This document shows, piece by piece, positions 18,784-28,647 of a DNA stretch of 64,000 nucleotides (positions are counted from its first letter, which is position 1; each line of letters begins with the position of its first letter). The notes under the pieces are model-generated. The model worked only from the letters and a program-made list of their open reading frames with translations, searched no databases and was not told the origin of the DNA. A program made the translations under genes and the position numbers. This stretch comes from Thermoanaerobaculia bacterium (GTDB lineage: Bacteria; Acidobacteriota; Thermoanaerobaculia; UBA5066). The stretch spans positions 320,001 through 384,000 of the forward strand of contig CAWFJJ010000028.1 in NCBI GenBank assembly GCA_963816185.1, in the 5' to 3' direction.

Positions 18784-20447
18784 GCACGATCCCCGCGGAT
18801 TACCTGCCCCCGAAGGAATATCAGCCCCAGCGGATCTACAAGCTCGAGGAGTTCGCGACCTATCCCGATCCGCTGAACAGCACCGAGGAGCTGCTCGACA
18901 AGCAGGTCGCGGCGGGGAGGGGCGACAGCCGCGCGATCCTCTTCGGTGACAAGATCATCACGTATAAGCAGCTCCTGGGGGCTGCCTGCAAGATCGGCAA
19001 TGCCCTCAGGAAGCTCGGCGTCGAGGAAGCGGACCGGGTCATGCTCCGGTCGCCGAACGTTCCGCCCGCCCTCTTCACGAACTTCGGCGTCCTGAGGCTC
19101 GGAGCCGTGATGGTCCCGACCTCGCACATGCTCTCTCCGAACGAGATCGCGCACATCGCGAACAACGCCGAGGCGAAAGTGATCATCGTGGCGGCGGCCT
19201 TCCTCGAGGGGGTCGTCAAGGCCCGGGCGAATCTCAAGACGGTCAAGCATGTCATCGTCTTCGGCGGGAACCCGGAGGAGCTGAAGACGCAGGGGCTGCT
19301 CTCCTACGAAGAGCTCGTCGCGAACGAGTCGCCGGCGCTCGAACCCGTTCGCCGTCCGCGCACCGCCGTCTCCGTCCTCCTCTATACGTCTGGAACGACG
19401 GGGATGCCCAAGGGAACGGCGCACTTCATGGAAGAGGCGCTGATCGTCCCGGACACCATGGGAAAGCACGGATGGAACGTGCAGCCCGAGGACATCCTCT
19501 GCGGCCCGGCCCCCATCTCGTTGGCCGGCGGGTACTCGACGGTGGCGACGATTCCCTTCAGGTTCGGCGCCGCGGCCTCCCTGATCCCGAAGTTCACCCC
19601 AGACGGGCTCTTCGAGCTGATCCAGAGCCACAAGGTGACGATCCTGAGCGCTCTCCCCACGGCGTATCGGAAGATGCTCGAGGTTTCGGGCGCCGAGAAG
19701 AAGTACGACCTGTCGAGCCTCCGCGTTCTGACGGGCGGCGGCGAATCGCTGACCGCAAAGACGTATCTGGATTGGAAAGCCCGCTTCGGCCAGGAGATCT
19801 ACGAGGGCCTCGGAACGACGGAGATGATGTACGTCTTCGTCTCCAGCGTCGTCACCCGCAAGGTGAAGCCGGGCGCGATCGGCACCGCGGTCCCCGGATA
19901 CGAGATCCAGGTCATAACGGAAGATGGCAAGGTCGCGAAGCCGGGAGAGCTGGGAAGGCTCTATGCACGCGGTCCCACGGGACCCCTTTACTGGCGTCCC
20001 CTCGAGGAGGGCGGAAGTCTTCTCGAGAAGCAAAAATCGCTCATCCGCGAAGGCTGGGCCCTGGTCGGCGACTTCTGCACGATGGACGAGGAGGGATACC
20101 TCAGCTTCGTCTCCCGCCAGGAGGATCTGATCAAGAGCTCCGGCTACCGCATCGGACCCGAGGAGATCGAGGATGCGCTCCTCAAACACCCCGCCGTGGC
20201 GGACGCGGGCGTGATCGGGATCCCGGATCCTGTCCGGGGACAGAACGTCAAGGCCGCCGTCATCCTGCGGCCCGGCTACACGCCGAGCGAGGAGCTGAAG
20301 CAGAAGCTCATCGACAGCTGTCGGGACCACATCGCGATTTACAAGCTGCCGCGCATCGTGGAGTTCGTCACGGAGCTGCCGCGAACGCTGCAGGGAAAGC
20401 TCCTTCGGCGGGTCCTGCGAGACAAGGAGGTCGTCGCCACGAGATAG
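18780..20447 (+). CDS. AMP-forming acyl-CoA synthetase (benzoate/2-aminobenzoate-CoA ligase-like)
   Basis: YTSGTTGMPKG, EGLGTTE, IKSSGYRIGPEEIE, PRTLQGKLLR (acetylatable Lys); N-terminal LPP..YP..LN..ELLD. Confidence 0.88.
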   Translation: MSTIPADYLPPKEYQPQRIYKLEEFATYPDPLNSTEELLDKQVAAGRGDSRAILFGDKIITYKQLLGAACKIGNALRKLGVEEADRVMLRSPNVPPALFTNFGVLRLGAVMVPTSHMLSPNEIAHIANNAEAKVIIVAAAFLEGVVKARANLKTVKHVIVFGGNPEELKTQGLLSYEELVANESPALEPVRRPRTAVSVLLYTSGTTGMPKGTAHFMEEALIVPDTMGKHGWNVQPEDILCGPAPISLAGGYSTVATIPFRFGAAASLIPKFTPDGLFELIQSHKVTILSALPTAYRKMLEVSGAEKKYDLSSLRVLTGGGESLTAKTYLDWKARFGQEIYEGLGTTEMMYVFVSSVVTRKVKPGAIGTAVPGYEIQVITEDGKVAKPGELGRLYARGPTGPLYWRPLEEGGSLLEKQKSLIREGWALVGDFCTMDEEGYLSFVSRQEDLIKSSGYRIGPEEIEDALLKHPAVADAGVIGIPDPVRGQNVKAAVILRPGYTPSEELKQKLIDSCRDHIAIYKLPRIVEFVTELPRTLQGKLLRRVLRDKEVVATR

Positions 20448-20502
20448 CGCATCACCCTAGGTCAAGACCGTCTCGCCGAATGACGGCACCTGAACGAAGG
20501 AT

Positions 20503-20913
20503 TCAGGCCGTGACCTTCTCGGGCAGGAGTCGTTGCAGAGTGTCGAGCAGATCGCTGACGGCGAAAGGCTTTGCAATATAGCCATCAGGCGGGGGCACGA
20601 TCTTGCGGTGGTGGATGAACTCCTTGAACTCCGGCTGAATGCCCGTGATCATCACGATGGGGATGCCCGCGAGTTGCAGGATCGTCACGTATCTCCCGAT
20701 AGACGCGAACGCCCGTGGGATCCGGCATCACGATGTCGAGGCAGATCAGATCCGGCAGATGCCGGCGTGCAAGAGCGAGTCCCTCTGTTCCGTCCGTCGC
20801 GCACAGAGGCTCGTACCCGTTGTCGCGCAGGATCGCTCTCCAGGTAGGTGACCACATCGAGATCGTCGTCTATGACGAGCACCTTTTTCGCGGGACTGTT
20901 GCGTGGTCATCAT
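20503..20913 (-). CDS. Single-domain response regulator (frameshifted)
   Basis: Fragments VLVIDDDLDV, PDLICLDIVMP, IPIVMITG, YIAKPF across frames. Confidence 0.75.
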
Positions 20914-20951
20914 TGCCTCCCTTTGGTAAGGTCTCTGTTCCCCTTGCCGTC

Positions 20952-21501
20952 TCACCGCTTCTGTACCCTTTCCTGGCTCGCCCGCAGGCCTTCGAGGAGA
21001 CCCGCCAGGGTTTCCTCGTCCGCGCCGCGCAGAGCGGACTCCAGCTCCTTGCGCAGCTTGCCGGCGCGGTCCTCTTGTACGGGACCGGCGCCAAGCGCCA
21101 CGCCCAGAACGAGAGAGATCTGCTCCAGATAGTGCTGCGGCGTCACGGGCTTCTCGAGATACACGGAGGGTCCCGAGATCGAGCTGTCCTTCAGGACGTC
21201 GGCGAGATCCCTTTTGACCGCTTCGTCGCGGGCGTGGCCGGAGACGATGATGACGGGGATCCGCGACCACTCGGGGTGTTTGCGCAGCTCATGAAGAAGG
21301 CGGATGCCCGACTTGCCCGGCATGACCAGGTCCAGAGAGATGAGGTCGGGAGGGGCCTGGCGGATTCGGTCGAGCGCCTGGGCCCCGTCGTGAGCGGTGA
21401 CCACGTGCATGCCCGGCGTCCTCGAGGACCGTCCCGAGAAATGTGGTGATGTCGGGCTCGTCGTCGACGACGAGGACGGTGACGTCTTCGGGCTGGCGCA
21501 T
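20952..21501 (-). CDS. Response regulator receiver protein (frameshifted; like the regulators in hmc operons)
   Basis: VLVVDDEPD, PDLISLDLVMPGKSG, IPVIIVSG, YLEKP. Confidence 0.78.
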
Positions 21502-21504
21502 GGC

Positions 21505-23378
21505 TCATTCCTCCGAAAGGGGAGAGCCGGGTGACGCGGCACGGTCCTGGCTTGGGCCGGGCGCCTCACGCGGCGAGCCGTCCTCCGGGCTTTCCAGCCG
21601 AGGCAATCTCTTTCGCGGGAAGCGGAGGCGGAAGACCGTCCCCGGCCGGACGTCGAGTCGAAGGTCACCGAGCCGCCGTGCTGCTGCACGATCTTGCGCG
21701 TCAGAAGGAGCCCCAGACCGGTCCCCCGGCTCCTTTGGTCGTGAAGAAGCTCGTGAACGCCTTCTGCTTCACTTCGTAGTCCATGCCGCACCCCGTGTCG
21801 ATCACCTCGAAGGTGATCACCTCGTTCTCCTCCACGAGTCGGACGGTGATGGAGCACGAGGGGGTGTGGCTCACGAGGCAGGCATCGATGGCGTTCGAGA
21901 TCAGGTTCGAGAGGCACGTGTGCAGCCCCTCGGCGTCCAGGGGCGCCGGTCGAACCTCCTCGGCGATCTCGGCCTTGATCGTGATGCCATGCTGCTCGGC
22001 GGCGTCGCGGAACAGGCCGACCACGTCGTGCACGATCGTCGCCGGTGAGACGAGCGCGACCCGCGGCTGCTCGCCGCGAGAGAACGCCAGGAGGCTTCGT
22101 ACCAAAGTCGAGATGCGGCCGACGTTTCGCTCGAGCATCTCCCATCCCTTTCGCACGCGGTCCTGTTCGCCCTTCTGGACGCCGACGGACGCGACGTACA
22201 TCCCGCCTTCGAGCCCGGTGAGGATGTTCTTGATGCCGTGAGCCAGCCCCGCGACGGTCTCACCCACCGCCGCGAGACGTTCCGCCTCGAGCTTCTCGCG
22301 CTGGAGCTGCCTCACTTCTCGAAGATCCTGAAACGTGAAAGCCGAACCGACCAAACGCCCCTCATGGCGCAATCGGACCCCGGCGAGCCGCACCGGGACG
22401 TCCTCGCCGGCGGCCGTCGTCACCTCGGTCTCCTGCAACACACCCGGGTCGTGCTCATCGCGGATGGGGCGCAGGAGGGCCTTCGGGACGAGGCCGGGCG
22501 GAGCCTTCCGGCCCAGCAGCTGCTTTCGTGCGTAGCCGAGAAGCGCCTCGGCCGCGCCGTTGAAGAGCTTGACGCAGCCGTGATTGTCGAGGACGACGAT
22601 GGCGTCCAGGGCGTGCTCGACGAGGGCCTCGCGCAGCATGTGGGCATGGCTCAGCTCCGGCCTCCAGGTGGCGGATCTCGGTCATGTCGAGCGCCATCTG
22701 GATGACGTGCGTCGTGTCTCCGTCCGCGTTCGGCACCGGGGCGGTGGAGACCACGTAGTGCATCGGCTCTCCCGCAGAGGTCACTCCCACCTCGCTTGCG
22801 GTGTGAATCCGGCCGTCCCGGAAGGTCTCCTCGGCGGGACAGTCGTCACATCGCTCGCGGCGTTGCTTGAACAACGCGTAGCAGTGCTCTCCTTTGGCGT
22901 CGCCGAAGGCGCGGCGGGACATCTCGTTGGACTTGACGACCCTCAGGTCGCGGTTGAGCACCGACACGTAGCACGGCACCTTCTCGAAGAGCGTCTGGTA
23001 CTCGCCCTGCAGCCTCTTGGAGGACGTGATGTCCGTGGTGGAGACCGCGACGAACGAGACCGGGCCGCCCGTCTCGAGGACGGGCGTGACCTGCACGAGA
23101 TAGTTCGCGGGCCGCCCGCCCCGGTCGCGGCCCGTCTGCTCCAGCACCCGAACCTGGGCGTCCGCGAACGTCTTCTCGACCGGGCAGCTCGGGCACGGAG
23201 CCGCGCGGTGTCGGGTCGCGGCGAAGCAAGGCCTGCCGCGCGCTTCGCCGAAGATCTCCGCAAAAGCGCCGTTGTGATCGACGATGTGAAGCGAACGGTC
23301 GATGACCGCGATCCCCGACGGGATCTCCTCGAAGAGCGCCGCCCGGCGCGCGCTGTCCCACGCGGCGGCGCGGCTCAT
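21505..23378 (-). CDS. Cytoplasmic multi-PAS sensor histidine kinase (frameshifted)
   Basis: Three PAS domains, H-box GLAHGIKNIL, NLISNAIDA, DTGCGM, FFTTK, GTGLGL; ATGA overlap with the upstream gene. Confidence 0.82.
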
Positions 23379-25417
23379 ATCCCAGGACCTCCGCCGACCC
23401 GACCCTCCCGCAGCCGGAGATCCTCGCCCAGGGACGAGGCGTCGCGATGGCAATTGGGACACCGGCTGAGAGTGAATTGGGTCACGGCGTTCTTCTGCTC
23501 GTGCTCGCGGTGACACGAAATGCACAGCCCGTGCATGGCGGCGCGATAGCCTGGGGCGACGCCCGGCTGCAGTCCGTCGCGCGTCTTCACCTGGAACCGT
23601 GCCGTCCGGCTCACGTCGCGGGCGTGACAGTCGTCGCAAGGTTTGGCCGCAGCGCGGGTCTTGGGCTCCTTCGGGCGACGATGGCAGCTTTCGCACGAGC
23701 CGTTGCGGCCGAGGGCGACGGACGTGCCGTTCGTGGTAGAACGTGTCCGTCGGCGGCGTAGAGGTCGCCGATGGCAGGCCGCGCACGACGTGGCGCGATC
23801 GACGCGGTAGATTGCGATGGTGGCACAGGACGCACGCAGGCAGCCGACTCCGCCGAGCCGCTGCTGGTGCGCCGTCGTGCTCGAAGAGGACGTACCGTCC
23901 CGGGCTCCGCGCCCCTCCGAGGAGCAACGCGGCGCTCCATCGCGGCCCGGCGCGGGGCGTCGCCGAGGCTCGGCGTGCGAAGAGCAGGTGAGAACGAGCC
24001 GATGGCCACCGGGCGTGCTTCCGGGACTCGGAGCGCGAAGGACCGCCTCCGCGCGAGGACGCTGCACCGGGCTCGGGCGCGAAGGCGAGCGCGACGGGCG
24101 ATCTCGCGCCTGCACGTGAGGCCGAGCGCCGAGAAGCGCCCCGACGGCGCAGGCCAGCGCGGAGCGCCGCGCACGCGTCCCAGCCAGGGCGCCCGCGTGA
24201 CGGACAGCGACGGAGACCGGGTCGATGAGACGCGGGGCGGAAGTGGTCGAGACCGGGGCCGGCGGCGACTCCCAGACGCGGAGGTGCTCGACGAAGAAGA
24301 GGAACACGAGCGCCATCGCGGCCACGACGCCGAGGCTGATCGGCGAGCTCGGTGAGGGCCGGAACGTAGGCGTCGCCCGCCGTCGCGGCGATGTGAGAGG
24401 TTCCGCCGGCGTCGGCCCGATAGAGGACGAAGCCGGCGACCGACCGAGGACCGCGCCCGGCGCCGAGGGCGCTGCCGGTCGGTTCGCCGGACGCTGGGCA
24501 GCGTGAAGAGGAGGAGGCGGGCCCACGGTGCTCGAAGAGCCAGCTCGAAGAGGAAGAGTCCACGCGGTCAGCCAGGAGCCCTGGAGAGCACGGCGCAGCT
24601 GGCCGCGCGCGCGCGAGGTCGCCGAGCCGCAGAACGCAGATAGACGCGCGAGCACGAGGCGCGGCGGCGCGGGTCGAGGCCCTGCAGAGGAGGTCCCACT
24701 CCGGCTCCCGGTGGAAAAGCCACGACGCTCGCGAGGCTCTCGACGGTCACCATGGAGAGGCCGAGGGCCACGGCCGAGACCAGGAAGAGCAGCGGAAGGA
24801 GCGGGGAGTACCAGAGAGGGTGGAGGCGGTGCGGGGCGATGACGAGGAGCGTCCCGAGCGAGGATTGGTGGAGGGTCGACAGCGCGATGCCGGCGATCGA
24901 CGAGAGGGCAGGGTGAAGCGGCGCAGGAACGTTGAACGACCTTGTTCGCAGGCGGAAGCCCTTCGAAGACCACGGGGGCGAACTCCAGCGCGAGCACGGT
25001 GAGATAGAGCATCACGCACCAGGCCACCTCGAAGAGCGCGGAGTGCGGCTGCCAGAAGAGCGTCGGGCGCCAGATGTTCCACGGGCTGGCCGAGATCGAC
25101 CAGCAGGCCGAGGACGACGGCGACATAGCCGAGGAACGCCGTCAGGACGGCGGGCCGCAGCAGGGCGCGGTAACGCTCGAGGTGGAAGACGTGGACGGCG
25201 GCCGGCGATCGACGAACCCGCCCGCGGCGAGGGCGACGCCGGCGAGGACGTCGAAGCCGATCCACAGGCCCCACGGGGTCCGGTCGCTGAGCGACCGTCG
25301 TCAGATCCGAGACCCAGGCAGGTAATCGGACGACGGCGACGGCGCCGGCGACGCCGACGAGCAGCCAGAGGACGATCTTCGTGACGGCCAGCCGGGACGC
25401 TCGGTCGGCTCGCTCAC
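23375..25417 (-). CDS. NrfD/HmcC/HybB-type membrane subunit fused to a hexaheme c3-type cytochrome (many frameshifts)
   Basis: PWGLWIGFDV, RPAVLTAFLGY, HSALFEVAWCVMLYLTVLALEF. Six CxxCH motifs: CVLCH, CAACH, CESCH, CDDCH, CISCH, CPNCH. Confidence 0.72.
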
Positions 25418-26258
25418 GTTTCCGTCTTCCCTTCGCGGGCTCTTGCGTCTCAGGCTCGCGCCAAGGCCCCTCGCCCGCCGGCCAGGCGAGCTGCTGGCGG
25501 CGGTCGGATGATCCAGGCCAGCCCGAACGCCGCGGCGCCCACCCCCAGCGAACGTCCGGCGGGACTGACGTGCAGGGCCGGCCGGGTCAAGCGCCGGGTA
25601 AGAGTCCTGCCTGAGACGCAGCGGGCCAGCCCGCCGTCTCCAGGCTCGACGTCCGACACGTAGAGAACCGAGGTGCCGCCCACCTCGTTCTCGCCCCAGA
25701 CGTGGTTCAGATAGCGGTCCGGGGGGTCGCCGCGATGCGCGCTCTTCGCCTCGGCGAGGAGGGCTCGTCGCGCGTCGCCGAAGACCGTGGCCTTCATCGG
25801 GGCACGCTTTCGTGCAGGCCGGCTGGTCCAGCTCGCCGCGCCGTGACCTGCGGTCGTAGCAGAGCACGCACTTGCGGACGCGCGGCGCCGCGGACGACCA
25901 CTCGTAACGGGTCATCTGGAACGGGCAGGCGATCAGGCAGTAGCGGCACCCCATGCAGATGTCGGCGTCGTAGGCCACGAGCGCCCTTCGGGCGTGCGGT
26001 GCAAAGCGCTCCGACGGGGCAGGCCGAGGCGCAGGCAGGATCGAGGCAGTGCCGGCAGTGGAGGCGCACAGGTGCGACCCTTCGGCGCGCCGCGAACGAG
26101 CGTCGTCCAGCGGGTGGCGGAGAGGTCCGACGGCCGTCTCCCTGCCACGCGCCGCGGCGCGTCCTCTCCCGTCCCGTTCGTCCGCTGGCAGGCGAGCGAC
26201 GCACTCCTCGCAGCCGATGCAGCGGGTGACGTCGGTCAGGATCGCCCATGGAGGTCAT
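25414..26258 (-). CDS. 4Fe-4S dicluster subunit (HmcB/HybA/FdnH-like), frameshifted
   Basis: TDVTRCIGC, CRHCLDPACASACPVGAL, ICMGCRYCLIACPF, KCVLCYDR, PACTKACP, GENEVGGTSVLYVS; C-terminal TM. Confidence 0.8.
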
Positions 26259-26979
26259 ACCGTCTCGTCCTCCTTTCCGAGCGCGATCGCAACGTGCCGG
26301 CCGGTCTCGGCCGGGAAGTGCCAGCCCGAGCTCGAAGATGAGCTGGAGCGAAGGGGAACAGGATGCAGTGGGCGATCTTGGTCGTGGGCGTCAGGACGAG
26401 CGCAAGGTCGGCCAGCAGAAGGTGCGCGAGGAGGATCGACGCGGGCGTCGAACGGCGCAGAGAGCCGGATGTGCGGCGAGGAAGCCCGAGGCCGTCACGA
26501 AGAAGAGCGCCAGAAGGACGAGCAACGTCCTGGGCTTTCGTCAGGCCTCGCGTGAGACGCGAGACCGGATCCGGCCGATGAGGAGCCCCGCCAGGCCGCC
26601 AGGATCGCCGCGAGGGAGAGGACGTCGGCGGCGCGCGGCGTGCAGCACGGGCCACGGGATCCGGAGGTCTCGGTCTGCCAGAGCGCCACGTGCCCGAGCG
26701 AGAAGAGCGGCACGAGGAGGATGCCCGGCGTGGAAAAGGAAGGACGCGGCGCTCGTAAAGCGGGATGCGCGCGCATCAGCCGGACGCGGCAGGAGCCAGC
26801 GCGAGCGTGGAGCGCGCGATCGCCGCCGAGGGGCAGCACGCGGTCGCCGGCTCGGCGCCACGCCGAGGCGACGCTGGACAGGATCGTGCTCGCCGACCAG
26901 GTAGCCGAGCCCGAGCACGCAGACGGCAAGGGCAGAAGCGGAAGAGCGGCCCGCGCGCGAAGGCGATCCAGGCGTCCAT
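26255..26979 (-). CDS. NarI/HmcE-like cytochrome b membrane subunit, frameshifted
   Basis: MDAWIAFARGPLFR, FLFHAG, LGHVALW, LLAHLL, TKIAHCILFP (heme-ligating His). Confidence 0.7.
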
Positions 26980-28416
26980 CACGTGCTCGCCTTTCTGTCC
27001 GTCCGCCGCTGGAGAGCGAGCGGGGACGCGCATGCGCATGAACGCGGGAGGCGTGGATGCGCCAGGCAGCACGAGGTCGTGCAGCCCGACGACCTTGACG
27101 TGCCCGAGGCCGTTGTCGTCGCAGACCTCGCGGAGCTGCTTCTTGCAGTTGGCGCAGGGAGCGACCACGCAGTCGTCGCGCCGGTGCGCCGGATCTGCTC
27201 GGCCTTCGTCGCTCCGCCGACCCGCGTCCGAAACGGCCGGATCTCGTCGATCGAGACCGATGCCGCTGCCGCCGCCGCAGCAGTAGTTCTCTCGTCCGTT
27301 CGGGCGTCATGTCGACGAAGTCCCCGCAGATGGCTTCGCAGGATCTCGCGCGGCTGCTCGACGATCCACCCCGACCGGGCGATGTTGCACGGATCGTGGT
27401 AGGTGACGCGCGCCTCGATCGCGTCCGGCTTCAGCTGGAGCGTCCCGCGCGCAGCTCTCGGCAGGTGTACTCGCATGATGTTCACGACCTCGGGCGGCGC
27501 TCCCTGCCGCCCGCAGAAGGTCGGGACGAAGGCCTTGGCCGCCCGCGAGGCATGCCCGCACTCGCCGATCAGGATCTTCTTCGCGCGCTGCAGCCGCGTC
27601 ATCCTCGGCGACCTCGCATCGAGACGATGCGGTCGAGCATCCGGTCGGAGTAGAAGAGGCCGTAGTTGATCCCGTCGAAGTAGCGGGTGCCGATCGTCCA
27701 CGAGGCGCCGGTCGCCGTCATCACCGCGGCCACGCCCATGAGCGTGTCGGGCTCGAGCAGGTAGTCGCTGACGGCCGGGAAGAAGATGTACTCCGCAACC
27801 CTCGCACGTCGATCGGGAACAGCACGATCTTCATGTGATAGGTGTCGCGGCAGTCCTCCTCGAGGAACTCGCAGGTGTCCCGGAGGGCGGCCGCCGGGAT
27901 GGCGGAGGTGTTGTGGGTCTTCCCCTCGAGCTGCTCGCGGACCGCGACCCGAAGAGCCTTCGGGACGATCCCCACCTCCGCCAGGATCCAGCGGGCCGAG
28001 GTGGGTGATCATGCGCGTGGTCGATCCCGAACGGGCACTCGAGCTTGCAGCGCCGGCACGCCGTGCAGCGGTAGAAGCTCCTCGGCCATCGTGTTGATGT
28101 GGCTCCTCGGTCGAGGGTGAACGCGGACGAGAGAACCGCGCGCGCAGCATCCCGGCGGGGGTGAAATACCGCCGATAGACCGCAGCAGCAGCTCGGAGCG
28201 GTTGCAGGGGATGTCTCGCGCCTCGCCCGACTGGCTTGAAACACCTGGCAGGCCACGGAGCAACGCCCGCACCTGCGCCGCGGCCCGTGCGGCAAGCGTC
28301 CAGCGCCAGGAGCGTAGTTCGAGTGCTCGAGGATCGCCGCGAAGGCCTCGAGGAAGCGGCGCGGCAGGTCAGCCGGTGTCGACCGGTTCCAGATAGTACG
28401 AGCACTTGATCGCCAT
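26979..28416 (-). CDS. HdrD/DsrK/HmcF-like Fe-S protein with CCG domains, frameshifted
   Basis: C..CGRCSVAC, YRCTACRRCKLECPFGID, GECGHA, YHDPCNIARS, APCANCKKQL; TGATG coupling to the next gene. Confidence 0.8.
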
Positions 28417-28463
28417 CCCGTTTTTCTCCCCAGGCTGCGGCTGCCTCTGTCGGTTCTCCTAAG

Positions 28464-28480
28464 CGCAACACGTGTGCCGG
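28464..28480 (-). promoter_or_regulatory. Sigma54 (-24/-12) promoter for the Hmc-like operon
   Basis: The minus strand reads CCGGCACACGTGTTGCG, i.e. GG-N10-GC with GGCAC and TTGC, about 50 bp upstream of the start at 28416. Confidence 0.7.
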
Positions 28481-28578
28481 CAAAGCCAGGCCGAGTGTGT
28501 CGAGGCCGCAACCGCTCATTCGAAACTGGTTCCGATCGATTGCGCAAGAAATCGAGGAGCGGTCAAGGGCTGACCCAC

Positions 28579-28630
28579 TGTCTCGATTCCATGACACACA
28601 TCTCGAACATGTTGCGATTCCGAGAGCACA
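28579..28630. promoter_or_regulatory. Candidate tandem enhancer (UAS) sites for the sigma54 activator
   Basis: TGTCTCGATTCCATGACACA (28579-28598) and TGTTGCGATTCCGAGAGCACA (28610-28630), both TGT..CGATTCC..CACA. Confidence 0.45.
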
Positions 28631-28647
28631 TGATCCAGACTGATGGT

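Noticed and set aside
23375-28416. Hydrogenase-2 (hyb) or dsrMKJOP operon
   Set aside because: No NiFe subunits, maturases, dsrAB or triheme DsrJ. The subunit set fits an Hmc-like complex better.
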